From IMG/VR virus record IMGVR_UViG_3300050821_003315: a DNA stretch of 64,000 nt, one strand, 5' to 3'. Below, in pieces: positions 37,879 to 49,700 of this stretch. How positions within the stretch are numbered: position 1 is the first letter of the stretch; each line of letters begins with the position of its first letter. A program made the position numbers and the translations under genes. The notes beneath the pieces are model-generated. The model saw only the letters and a program-made list of their open reading frames with translations, was not told where the DNA came from and searched no databases. The DNA is from a virus.

Positions 37879-40800
37879 TACTTAACACGGTCGGTATACC
37901 ATCTTGGATTATAGCGTACGCCGATATTAGGTGCGCCATAAGTGGAGTAGGCAAGGATGAAATTGTCTCCCGGTGTAAGGAAGAACGGTCCTCCTGAAAG
38001 CACAGCTGAATCCAAGACACTGACGGAACGCTCCGGACCTTGCGGGGAACCAAGCACCGGGCTGATGTCCGTATCAAAGTCAGGCTCGTCAATGTAGTAG
38101 TTTGCGTACTTACCATAGCCGGGGTTAGCGTTGTTAACATTGACTAGAACGGTCTGGCCGGTAGTATCAAGGAAAAGTATATCCATGAATCGGTCGCCGC
38201 TTTCGCTGCTAATTACGCCGTAGGTGTAGAACGGCTCCTGGTTACTGGGGTCGTACTGCTTGATAGGCAGCGGAAGGTTACCCAGTGAGATTATGCCGTT
38301 CACAATATCAGTTGCAGGTGTCACTAGCCGAGTAACTTGCATACTGTAGCCAGGGCCGCCAGCGAATTCATACTGGGTAACTGTTACAGTAATTCGCCGC
38401 GTGATATTAGTTCCGACCGAAGTCGACCAGTTGTAATTAGCCAGGAATACTGCGTAAGTACCGTTGAATTCAGCACTGCGCCACGGTATCACAGAGGACA
38501 TCGTGTATTCCCGGCCGTCTGGTGGGTCTGTGACAGGAATTGGGCTAACAGGATTGAAGGTGTCCGGCGATTCGTAACCAGGCATGTGTAGAATTAGGTT
38601 ATCAAATGCTTGCAGCGGCGGCGCGTAAGTTAGCCTTACGCGGCCATTGCCTCCGGAACCACCTAGGTTGATACCACCCACACTACTCATTGCACCAGAG
38701 CCGCCACCACCAGGGGCACCACCTTGGACGCCCGCAGACGTTGCCTGAGGACCTGTAGCGCCCTGGCCACCGCCGCCATAGCCTGCGCCTCCGGTGTCAA
38801 AACCGGGGAAGCCGTGACCCGATGAGTTCGCTGAAGCGCCACCGCCACCGCCCCACCAAGGCATTGACAAAGATACTGCTACTGCACCGATTGCAGCGCT
38901 AGCCGTAGTGCTTGCTGTTAGCGTAGAAGCGGCTGCTGTGCCAATATTGTACTGAGCGTTAATCTGCATGTTCATTGTGCCTGCGCCACCAGAGTTGTTG
39001 ATGGCTACGTTAAGGGCACCGGTAGCAGACAGCGTAACAGCGTTACTGCCTGTGGTAAAGCCCGCGTACATGGTGAAGTCTCCGGCCTTAGTAGGCGCAC
39101 CGGACGTTAGTGTCACACTAGTAGTGCCGTTAGTGGAGGCCGTACCTCCAGTATCGCAGGCTGTACAGTTAGGAATATAGAAAGACCTTACAACATGTGC
39201 CTGGTTAACTGTATCAGAGATAGTTATAGTGCCGGGGTTGTGTGTTACAGGGGCTGTAAGTACGGTCAGGAATGCAGTTGTAGCACCGTTGCTGCCAGTT
39301 ACCTGCGCAGTGTAGGTGTTACCTCCTACATCCGCAGCGGTTACAGTGCTAGTTCCGGGGCGCTCTACGAATAGAACTATTACACCCGTATTCAGCGTCG
39401 TAAAGGTAAACCGAGGCGTTATAGTTCCTGAAGTTCCAGTAAACGTGTCGCCCGCTGTAGTAGTAGGCAGGGATACCGTAGCTGCACCTTGATTGGCAAG
39501 CACGAACGGCAGGGAAATACCGCCCCAAGTAGTGCTGGAGGCCCACGTCATACCGTGACTTCCACGACCACTGGTGTTCGGAGGAGTAATAGTGGATGTT
39601 ACTGCGCCGAATAGCGCGCCACCAGAAATAGACCAGCCTAGGTTAGTGTAAAGCTCAGCGTCGTCAGAGCCTGTGCCTGCGTTACCTGTACTGGAGACGG
39701 TCGAACTGTTGCCCCAGAAGCCCCAGTTAAATTCAGTAGTAGTAGCATCAGTATTACCGAGTGTCAAGCTAGCGGCTGTTCCAGTTCCGGTATTAGTGAC
39801 GATATTTGCCGTGTTAAGTTCAATAGCGTTATTCATATACCACCAGCTAGCCGCATACTGCTGAGCTGTAGCTGACGATATTGTCAGAACTGTCGTACCG
39901 TTTGTCACCAAGGCAGCCAGGGGCGTCGTAAAGGCGTACATGTGTCCCGTGCCTATTGCTACGTCAGCCGCTGGCTGATAGACGTTGCCCGCACTATCCG
40001 ATACTGTAAGGTCGCTTACAGCAGCCGCTGCGAGGACAACTACCGCACCAATACCGTTAACCGAAGTACCCGTGGCTGTTACTGTTCCGGTACCAGTACT
40101 GTAGCTAAAGGTCGCAGCGAGCTGTCCTGAACTGGAGCTGCCCTGAGTGGCTAGACCATTATTGCCTGTAGCGTTGGAGTACGGATAACCCTGACCACCG
40201 TTGAAGTGTGTGGAGTTAGAAGAACCGGTGCCTCCTGCCGCTCCCGCTGCTGTATTGTTAGCTACGGTACTACCGCCGTGGGCGGTTACTATAGTGCTCG
40301 TTAGGCCAGATGCCCCAAAAGTGGTGTTGCTGCCGTTAACAGGAGAGCCTAGGTTCACCTGGTAAGTAAGCTTTACTTCCCCGGTACTTCCGATGCCACC
40401 CTTGTAGTTCTTGCCGTTTGAGCTGTAGCCACCGCCACCGCCACCGCCAGGTGTAACACCAGTTCCGGGGAAGCCGGGAACACTAGCGCCTACGCCGCCA
40501 TTACCACCACCATTGGTGCCTGTAGCACCAGCGCCACCCGTAAGGTGAGCACCTTGTCCTGTGTTAGTTCCTCTAACGCCCGCAGCGCCGTTAACGCCGA
40601 CACTAGTAGTCCCTGCACCAGCGGCACCACCACCGCCCGCAGACCCCGGAGAAGCGCCTCCTACGCCGCCGTTGTGGTGCGTAGTGTTAGTCGAACCGTG
40701 ACCGCCCTTACCGCCACTTGCGCCACCTGTAGCCGGGGATGCGCCTCCGCTAGCACGCACGGTAACAGCATCACCTATGAACCAGGAGGCAATACCGTCT

Positions 40801-43748
40801 CGCGCTACTGTAGCCGCCGTGTTTGTGCCTGTGTTAGGTACGCCCGCACGTCCTACCTGAAACTGGTAGGTGTTTCCGGGAGTTACTGCTAGTGTTGCTT
40901 CTTTAGCGTATTCACCACCGCCGCCTCCACCGCCGCCTGCTGCTCCAGCAGCGCCGCCGCCCCAGCATTCAACCTGAATAGAGCTAACGTTTGGCGGGCA
41001 CAGCCAGTGTCCAATTCCTGAAGCAGTCCACGTTTGAACGGTATTGCTTAGCTGACCACCTGAACCGCCCGCTCCGATGGAGTACGGAATCTTTGTCCCA
41101 GGTGTTACGGTAAGAGCAGGTTCCATGGCGTACTCGCCACCGCCACCGCCACCGCCAGCGTAATTAGTACCTGTATTGTACGACGAGCCGCCGCCGCCGC
41201 CACCCCAGGCTTCAGCTTGAATACTGTAAACGCCCTGCGGTACAGTCCAGGAACCAGATTGCGTGAATTCCTGTACTACGTTACCTGGCTGGGACGGTAG
41301 CTGAGCTTGTACGGAAATAGGTGAACGCGCCGAACCAGGAGCGCCAAATACATTGAACAGATTAGCGCGAGGTGTTCCGGGATTATTGTTGATGGTAGTG
41401 GGCAGGCCCTGCAACATGCTTAGCCACGCGTGCATCTTAATATAACCGGACGTGCCGCCACTACTGTGGTTAGTGAAGGTTACGGAGTAGCTGGATACGT
41501 TAGCATAATTGAATACATTATTACCCTGCGGAATAGGTACAGTAAGCCTGCTCCAGGTAGGAGCAGATGCGTTCTTACTCCACTTAACTCCATTAAAGGT
41601 CTTACTGAATTTAAGCTTGTTATTAGCGTTGTCTGTCAGAGTCCAGCGGAATACGATAGTGGACTTGAATGTGGGGTCATAAGCGTAGTCGTAATCATAA
41701 GCCTGACCGAACCACCACTGCAAAGAAGTAAGTCCTACAAGATTGAAACCAAGGCTAGACCGGGTGAAGGTAGCAGCAGGGTAAGGTTGTGTGACAGGAC
41801 GCGGAGGCATGTAGTGAACAGCGTTACCTACGCCGCCAGGCAAGCTCACATTAGTAGCTGAAGGTGTACGGTAAGGACCAATGGGAGTAGGTCCAGCGGC
41901 TATATCATCAACGTAAACCTGGTAGTTATTGTTACCGGTTGCCGCTATTGCACCAAAATAGAAGTTTGCAGGTGCTGAACCAGGGCCATTGCCCATTAGC
42001 ACATTGTTGAAAGTCTTTGATTCTTGCGGTGTGGTACTGTCACCTATATACCATGAAACTGTAGCGCTGCCACTTACCGCCGCGTTAACTATATTGGGGC
42101 TAAGGCTCATTTCAACGCGTATCCACGTTGCCGTAGAAAGCGCTACACTCATTGCGTATTGAGCACCTGTACCTGTTACGAAGTTAAGCGTACCGCTAGG
42201 GTTAAGGAATACTCTTCCGTCGTCCTGAGTATTGGCGGCGTTATTACACTGCATCAGGCAGACCTGCGTTGCGGCTGCTGGGAGCGCCGGAAGGTAGTAG
42301 TAAGCTCGCATATATGCTGTTTGCGCTGAAAGCGTTGTTGCAATTTCCAGGTAAGCAGCGCCCGCAGATGCGCCTGAATTGCAAAGAGCAGACAGTGAAC
42401 CGTGCGCAGCGTGCGCATTTGAGTAGACTGCCGTTCCGGTGCCTGAAGTGTGAGGGCTTGCGTTTGCGGTAACGTACGGGTCCGCAGTTGTAGGTGCCAG
42501 GTTACCCGTAGAAATCGTAGTGCCACTTGTACTGGTCTCAAAGTCGTGGAACTGATAGTTAAGAGTGGACCAACGCGTGTCCCATTGCCAGTTAGTGTTT
42601 GTTCCAGCTCCGACAAAACCGTCCATAGTAACGGCTCCGGCTGATGCCTGACCATTAATGATATTGCTAGAGAATGCTAGGTCTTTAGTGCCATCAATTC
42701 CGCTATGCCCGTAAGGCATTGCCTGGAAAGTTAGCGTCATTGTGGTGTAAGCGGTGCCTCCGCTGCCAGCCGTAGGGTCACGGTTGTAATCGAAGCCGTA
42801 AGACACGACTGTAGGCTGCGCCCTGAAGCAGTCAAATACAAGAGGCAAACCATTACTTGCGGGAGTCCATGTTAGCTTCCAAAGCTGCTGGTCGATGAGG
42901 TACATTATGTACTCTCGGGCGGCCTGCACGATTGCTTGGGAAGTTCCTTCAATAAGGATAGGTAGCGTGATAGTCCTGTTAGAGGCCCTGTAGCCAAAGG
43001 GACGTTCACCGTCTAGCAACAGTGACTCAACTACGTCAGACGTAGGCTGCGGTGCCCCTAGGTCATAGGAATTCTGGAATCCAAAGGCGACGGAGTTAGT
43101 AGAAGGAGGAGCAAGAAGTCGGAAGGTAGCGCCTACACCATTACCGTCTATTAGTTCGGGGATATCCGAAGGGACACCTGCGGGTCCTCCGATAAGCTCA
43201 ACAATGCCACTGATAAGCAGACTGTCGTAGTTACCATCACCAACAGCTAGCGGGGTCCAGTCCCAGCCTAGAATCGCATTAGCGTTAGACTGGCTCCAAG
43301 GCTGGTAACCGTTCGCAAACGCGGCATTCTGATTAATCTCGTAATCGAGGTTGGTGTTATTAGTGTTGTAAAGTCCTGCCTGGACGACAGACAGTGTGTT
43401 AGTGGACGCAGGAGAGCCATTGAATTGGATAGTGAGTGTGGCGTAAGAAGTAGCAGCCGGTGCAGTTCCCGCTGTTGTGCTAATGGTGTACAGCGTATTA
43501 GCTGTCATTGAAGTTTGCGTAGCAGTGACAGTTCCGACCGACACGTTGGAGGAGTTGAAGTAGTTGACTGTGATAGTAACGCCGGACGCCCAGGTAGCGC
43601 TAACGCGACAAATTACCGTGAACTGATAGGTCGTAAAGCTGTCAACATAGATGGGCTGGACGTTCTCAGATACGACAGTAGCGTTGGACCCTGACGCGTT
43701 AACAGTCAACGCATAGGGGTACTTGGTGCTACCGGTGTATACAGGCAT
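37875..43748 (-). CDS. Giant minor tail protein (evolved Dit-like with carbohydrate-binding and Gly-rich inserts)
   Basis: Immediately after TMP; LLDGERPFG....NRTITLPI Dit-like core; repeated Gly-rich domains. Confidence 0.7.
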   Translation of the reverse strand: MPVYTGSTKYPYALTVNASGSNATVVSENVQPIYVDSFTTYQFTVICRVSATWASGVTITVNYFNSSNVSVGTVTATQTSMTANTLYTISTTAGTAPAATSYATLTIQFNGSPASTNTLSVVQAGLYNTNNTNLDYEINQNAAFANGYQPWSQSNANAILGWDWTPLAVGDGNYDSLLISGIVELIGGPAGVPSDIPELIDGNGVGATFRLLAPPSTNSVAFGFQNSYDLGAPQPTSDVVESLLLDGERPFGYRASNRTITLPILIEGTSQAIVQAAREYIMYLIDQQLWKLTWTPASNGLPLVFDCFRAQPTVVSYGFDYNRDPTAGSGGTAYTTMTLTFQAMPYGHSGIDGTKDLAFSSNIINGQASAGAVTMDGFVGAGTNTNWQWDTRWSTLNYQFHDFETSTSGTTISTGNLAPTTADPYVTANASPHTSGTGTAVYSNAHAAHGSLSALCNSGASAGAAYLEIATTLSAQTAYMRAYYYLPALPAAATQVCLMQCNNAANTQDDGRVFLNPSGTLNFVTGTGAQYAMSVALSTATWIRVEMSLSPNIVNAAVSGSATVSWYIGDSTTPQESKTFNNVLMGNGPGSAPANFYFGAIAATGNNNYQVYVDDIAAGPTPIGPYRTPSATNVSLPGGVGNAVHYMPPRPVTQPYPAATFTRSSLGFNLVGLTSLQWWFGQAYDYDYAYDPTFKSTIVFRWTLTDNANNKLKFSKTFNGVKWSKNASAPTWSRLTVPIPQGNNVFNYANVSSYSVTFTNHSSGGTSGYIKMHAWLSMLQGLPTTINNNPGTPRANLFNVFGAPGSARSPISVQAQLPSQPGNVVQEFTQSGSWTVPQGVYSIQAEAWGGGGGGSSYNTGTNYAGGGGGGGEYAMEPALTVTPGTKIPYSIGAGGSGGQLSNTVQTWTASGIGHWLCPPNVSSIQVECWGGGAAGAAGGGGGGGGEYAKEATLAVTPGNTYQFQVGRAGVPNTGTNTAATVARDGIASWFIGDAVTVRASGGASPATGGASGGKGGHGSTNTTHHNGGVGGASPGSAGGGGAAGAGTTSVGVNGAAGVRGTNTGQGAHLTGGAGATGTNGGGNGGVGASVPGFPGTGVTPGGGGGGGYSSNGKNYKGGIGSTGEVKLTYQVNLGSPVNGSNTTFGASGLTSTIVTAHGGSTVANNTAAGAAGGTGSSNSTHFNGGQGYPYSNATGNNGLATQGSSSSGQLAATFSYSTGTGTVTATGTSVNGIGAVVVLAAAAVSDLTVSDSAGNVYQPAADVAIGTGHMYAFTTPLAALVTNGTTVLTISSATAQQYAASWWYMNNAIELNTANIVTNTGTGTAASLTLGNTDATTTEFNWGFWGNSSTVSSTGNAGTGSDDAELYTNLGWSISGGALFGAVTSTITPPNTSGRGSHGMTWASSTTWGGISLPFVLANQGAATVSLPTTTAGDTFTGTSGTITPRFTFTTLNTGVIVLFVERPGTSTVTAADVGGNTYTAQVTGSNGATTAFLTVLTAPVTHNPGTITISDTVNQAHVVRSFYIPNCTACDTGGTASTNGTTSVTLTSGAPTKAGDFTMYAGFTTGSNAVTLSATGALNVAINNSGGAGTMNMQINAQYNIGTAAASTLTASTTASAAIGAVAVSLSMPWWGGGGGASANSSGHGFPGFDTGGAGYGGGGQGATGPQATSAGVQGGAPGGGGSGAMSSVGGINLGGSGGNGRVRLTYAPPLQAFDNLILHMPGYESPDTFNPVSPIPVTDPPDGREYTMSSVIPWRSAEFNGTYAVFLANYNWSTSVGTNITRRITVTVTQYEFAGGPGYSMQVTRLVTPATDIVNGIISLGNLPLPIKQYDPSNQEPFYTYGVISSESGDRFMDILFLDTTGQTVLVNVNNANPGYGKYANYYIDEPDFDTDISPVLGSPQGPERSVSVLDSAVLSGGPFFLTPGDNFILAYSTYGAPNIGVRYNPRWYTDRVKY

Positions 43749-43784
43749 GAAAGTCCCTTCTCAATTCCTATGGCACAGTCTAGT

Positions 43785-46700
43785 CTAACGACCGAGCTGC
43801 GTAAACCCTGACATCGCAGAATGTCCGGCACCACGTGATTGTGCTTGCGCCATTTGCTGCGGCTGCTGCCGATTAATGGTAACTAGCTGCCCTAGCAGTT
43901 GAAGCATTGTGTTCGCCTGATACGTTGTCATACCAGGACCGCCTGCTCCTCCACCGTTAGGTGTAGTACCCGGTAGGATACGCTCAGGCCCACGCTCTCC
44001 GAAGGAATAGCGCTTACCCGAAGCACCAATACCAAACACAGGCTCAGGAATAATACCGCCCAGCGCATAACCACGACCAGAGCCAAGGCCCATGCCGTTA
44101 GTCATCAGACGGTCACCGTACTTGTGCTTGGCGTAATTAATCGCCGCCGCGATATTAGCCATCGGGTCGTCAATATTGCTGCTGGTCCCTGGCCAGTGGA
44201 AGGACTTGAATGTGGAAGGAATTACCTGAAGTAGTCCCTGAGAAGGGTGTCCTGCCTTGGCGTTGCTGTCCCATAGGTTTATAGCACTGGGGTTACCGGA
44301 ACTTTCTGTGCTTATCTGGAATAGAACTTGGTTAAGCAGGCTCTGCGGCTCACCTTCCATAGCCAGGACCTTACTTACGTCAGGTGCCCAGCGAGTAACA
44401 TTCTTGCCAAGCGCTGTGTTAACGCCCTTAATAGGCCCTGCCGCTGCGTTAGCGGCTGCTACTTGGGCCAGGATGTCAGAGTGCGTAGAACCACTTGCAG
44501 TCTTCAAAGCAGTCTTGAGCTTAGGGTTGCTAACCACGCCGGTGTAAGCGCGCATGGTCTTCAGCAGCGGGTCGTCGCCTAGAATGCCAAGGTCTGAAAG
44601 TTCCTGTGCGTCTGCCATAAGCGTCTTCAGCTTAGACGGAGCAATTAGCTTGCTCAGTCGACCGTTATCCTTGTGGTCAAGAATAGCCATCTTCTTGTCG
44701 GCAGCTTCAGCCAAGGCAAGGTAATGCTGCGCCTTAGCGATACTTCCAGTCTTAGTGTGAGTAGCGGCACGCTCATGTGCAGCTTCTGCTAGCAGGTGCT
44801 TCCTTTGTGCCCCTGTGTGTGAGTAAGATACTTGGCTGCGGTCAACGGCAGCCTGGTGTAGCAACTTTTCCTGCTGATTCTTGCTGTACTTAGGCCGATT
44901 AGCCTCAGCCGTGAGCAAGGCCGCCTCGTGCATGAGAGCCTTCTTAGCCGCAGGCTTAATATTTGCGTGAGTAGAAGCAAACGCATCGTTATTAGCGACA
45001 GCAAGTAGCTTCTTACGCTCTGCTGCGGTGTGAGAGAATGCGTGAGCTTGTGCTGTCAGCTTATTAGCCTTATTAAGGATGCTACGGTCCTTTGCTGTTT
45101 TTGTACTGCGAGCATCAGCTTCAGACGTGAACTTATTAGCAGCCGCAATATCAGCAGCTTTCTGCGCGGCTGTGGGAGCCTTAGTAGTGGCTTGCTTCGT
45201 AGAAGCGTCTGCCAACACTAGAGCTTCGTCGTAGTAGTGCACTACCTGCTTTAGCAGATTGTTGTAGGCATTAATATCCTGCGCTTCAGTAGGCTTCTTC
45301 TTGAAATGAGGTGCAGGCTTATGAGCAGGTGCGTGCTTAGCCTTTGCTGCTGCCGCTGCCGCAGTCTTGCTGCCACCAGCTCCGGCGTCGCCAACAAGGC
45401 CACCCTCTCCGAACTTGAAGGTGAAAGCTCCTACGTTGGACTGAGGTCCAGGCATTACAGCGCCGCCACCGAACTGAGCACCTGCGCCGTAACGCATAAT
45501 GGTCAGGTTACCGGCCGCCTGTGCGTTGGAGAAGATAGTGCCAGAGTTAGTGCCGTAAGCGGAGAACATCTTGTTCGGGCCAACACCGAAGCCAACGTGT
45601 CCAGGCCACACTAGAACGTCGCCGGGCATAATCTGACTTGGGTTGCTTCCGACAGGGTGAGCACCGGGCAGGCTTGTGAAGGAGGATGCTGTAGGTCCGT
45701 GAGACTTACCACCACCAGTTACAGAAGACCAGGAACCGCCAGGCAATGCCAGACCCAGGTCGTGGCCCAGGACCCAGGAAGCGAACGAGGAACAGTCCCA
45801 ACCCGTGGTCGGGTTGGATGCGCCACCCCAGCGGTAAGGGTGGCCTACGTAGCGCTCTGCGTCCGATAGGATGCGTGAGGAACCGGCCGCTGGGGCGCTA
45901 CTTACTCCCGCAGCTCCGGGCGCAATCGGACCCATTCCCTTGAAGCCCCGCAGAGAAGCGTAAAGCTGGGTGGCCAAACCAGGGCGCGTGTCAGAAAGGT
46001 GAACGGCGGGACGCTCGAATGCACTGGACCACAAGTCACCAGCGGCAACCGGGTCGGTCATCTTCATCAACTGACCCCACGGGCCATTTGCCTTACCGTA
46101 ACCGACGATTCCGGCCATCTGCACTGCAAGGTCTCGTGAAGCATTACCAGTCGGGCCGTGGTAGCCAGCGGGCAAGCCAATGTTGTTGCCAGTCCATCCA
46201 ATAAGGCCGTAACCACCAGAACCTACAGACTCCGGGTTACCCGCAGATTCACCGTAAACAACAGATGCGATACCCGCAGCCGCAGCAGCCGAAGCTCCTT
46301 GAGACATCAAGTACCGACCGATTTGGTTCAGGTTAGCCATGGCATTACCCGAAACTACTCCTCCAGGAATAGCTCCGCTGCTGCCTGCCATCATGATGGC
46401 CGACTGCACAGCCTGAATACTGGAGACTAGTTCACTGGTGACCATCGGTCCTAGCTTTGCTAGCTCGCCGCTTAGCTTAGCCGGAATAGTTAGCAGCTGA
46501 CTGCCTTCAACAGGCATTTCGGCTACGTTACCGCCAGTCTGCGTGGTCAGCAGACCACCGGAACCAGCGACAGGACTGGTCGTGGCACCTACGATACCGC
46601 CGCTAGCGAATCCGGGGATACCCTTACGCTTAGCCTGTGTTGCAAACTCGGCTGCGTGATTCTTCGGGATAACCAGTTCACCAGGCATGAGCATTGCAGG

Positions 46701-49700
46701 CACGGAGTCGTGATTTCCCCAACCAGGGACGCTACCGCCGCCAGCAAAGTGTGAAGGTACTAGACCACCTTGTGCGAGTCCAAGAGACTTCAGCACACTG
46801 CTGCCTAGGTTACCCGCAGCCTTCATGGTGTTAGCGATAGCCGCGCTAACAGTAACCTCAGCGCCAACCTTACCGCCACCATCCACGTTGGTGTGGACGT
46901 GCACGCCGTAGTTACCGGACATCCTCTTAAGGGAGTTCCACATAGCGTCGGCTTCAGTCTTGCTGTAGCCCAACTTCTGCGCCAAGGTGTTGAATGCCTG
47001 GTGAGACATCGTAGCCTTGTGCGTAATCTGGTCAAGGTACTGCTGCTGTAGCGTGCGCCACAGAGCGTCAGCCTTTACCGTGCTAACGTGCCACGCATTG
47101 CTTAGGGCATCGAACTGGCTCTTGTTACGCGAAGCCTTAGCCGTCAGCGTGTCGAAGTACTGCTGGTGCAGCATGTTCCACAAAGTGTTAGCTTCACCGG
47201 TGCTGATGTGCGCAGAACGTGCCCAGGCATCGAATGCGCTCTTGCTTACGCCAGTCTTGCCTGTAAGCGCGTCTAGGTACTGCTGGCGCATCATTGACCA
47301 CAGTTGGCTAGCTGCACCTGTGTTGACACCGAACTGGTGAGCTAGCTTTTGCAGCTGACTATTGGTCACTCGCGACTTGTTAGACAGCATGTCGAACTGC
47401 TGCTGACGGGACTGCGCCCACATTTGTGCGGCGGCGGTATTAGTAATACCGAAACCCTTGGCCAAGCGTATGAATGCACTGTAGCTTACGTTAGCCTTGT
47501 TGGTCAGCGTGTCCAGATACTGACGGCGCAGCATGCTCCACAGTGCGTTAGCCTGAGTCCGGTTCAAGCCAAGTGTGTCAGCTAGTCGTCCGAGCTGGCT
47601 GTGAGTAATGCCCGCCTTACCCGACAACGCGTCCAGGTACTGCCGGTGCATTACGGCCCACAGTGTCTGTGCCTGAGTTCCGCTAACTCCGAACTGGTGG
47701 GCCAGGGACTGTAGCTGACCTACAGTAATGCGAGACTTGCCAGACAGCATGTCGAACTGCTGCTGGTGTGCTCGTTCCCACAAAACTACAGCACTAGAAG
47801 CTGTAACACCGAACTGGTGGGCTAGCTTCATGAACGCGCCGAGCGTGCCGGCGGCCTTGTTCTTCAGCATGTCTAGGGAACCGTCGTGGAACTTGTTCCA
47901 CAGAGCGTCAGCCTGGGTCTTGCTAATGCCGAACTGCCTTGCCAGCTTCTCAAACTCAGTTCGCGTGCCAGCGGTTTGATGGAGCAGTCCCTGAAGACCG
48001 TTTTCCTTAAGCCGACCCCACAGCTTGGTAGCTTCCTGGGCACTCATTCCCATAGATTCACCGAAGTGAACCCAGGCAGCTCGCGAAGCTGTGACGCTGG
48101 TGATGTTAATCTGCGTGGCCTTAGCCACCTGAGCCATGGATAGGGCAGCGGTGCGGTTAGCAGCAGCATTAGCATTTGTGGCAGCGTTGTTCTTGATAAG
48201 CGCGTCAGCCATCTTAGTGGCTGTAGCCTGGCTAACGCCCATCTGCTCTAGATAGGCTTCCAAGGATTGCCGTGCCATGCCAACGTTATGCGTTTGCATC
48301 AAGAATGCCTGAGCTACAGGTTGTGCAGCCTTCAACATCTGGCCCCAGCCCTGACCACCGACTTGAGAACCAGCCTTTACCCACGCGAGAGTAGCTTTAG
48401 CCAGGTTCTCAAGCTTCGGCCCCATGTTTTCCGCTGCCATGATGGCGTTGGACTCCGCTGTCAGAAGCTGTGAGTTCATGGTCTGAGAAAGCCGTGCTAC
48501 GTCCTGGTTAAGGTTAGAGCTAGCAACCGTCAACAAGTTCATCTGCTTGTTAAGGTCACCAGTAGCGTTGGAGGCATTACCTGCCCACTTGGTGATTGCC
48601 TGGAAGTCAGTAGTACTGCCTGTAAAGCCCCCAGTCTGTGCCAGAGCGCCTAGCATCGACGTAGCGCCCGGATTCCCCCGGACGCCCGGTACGTTGCCCA
48701 GCATGGCTACTGTGTCCTTAGCGGCCCTAGCAGACGCTAGATTAGCGCCCGGAGTGTTACCTGCCAGCGCAGCCTGAGTCATCAAGGAGTTCATCAGGGT
48801 CTCAGCCTGCTGAATCTGCTGTACGTAAGCAGCAAGGGAAGCAGCGCCTGCCTGAGTAACGCCACCGATTACACCGCCGCTGCCAGTGATAGGCTGGCTA
48901 GCGCTTACCTTGCCGTTAGCGAATGTGAAGGTACCGGTGTTGCCCCCAGCACCCCCTGCCGCTCCACCAGACGCGGCGGACGCGCCGGGAGGCGCTAGCG
49001 AAGTAGCTAGCGTGCCCATGCCCTGCTGGAACTGCGCGAACTGCTGTGCGCTGCCCGTAACCATCTGGATGAACTGTGAGTAAGCCTGCGTAACCTTTTG
49101 TACTTCGCCAAGCGTGTTAGAAGTACTTAGGGTCAGAGCGTTCATGGCCGAAGCAGCGCCACCGATGGCAGGGGACATCGCCTGGAAGCCCACCAAGGTA
49201 CCCTGAATCATTACCATGTCCTGCTGCCACGCACCCTTGTTACCGTGCAAAGCAGCAGTCTGGTCAGTAATCAATTGCTTGGTGGTGATGCCAGCAGCGT
49301 TAAGCAAACCTATAGCAGCCGTCTGGCTGCCCGTCATCTTAGTGACAGCGGCAATACCGGAGTTGTACGCCTGCATCTGGCCATTCATGGCGTCGAGGCC
49401 GGCCTTCAGGTCCTGGTAGTGCTGAAGGAGAAGTCCTGCGGACTCTCCTGCGGCACGTCCATACCTAGCCTGGAACTGCAAGATGTTTGTAGCCTGCTGG
49501 AACGTTACATTCGTGCCCCTTAGTGCACGTCCCGCCGCAGTCTGAGTCATCGCGTAATTCATGATGGCTGCCTTAGCCACATTTACGCGGTCTGAAATCT
49601 GGTTATAGCTGTTCTTGGCCGCTGCTAGGTAATCGGCTAGCGGAGCATTTTGTGCCAAGTCTTCTTGTGTCTTGACCCAGGACTGCGTTTCGTTGTCAAC

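Noticed and set aside
35630-41210. CCGCCA/CCGCCG tandem runs as regulatory repeats
   Set aside because: Explained by poly-Gly codons in tail proteins
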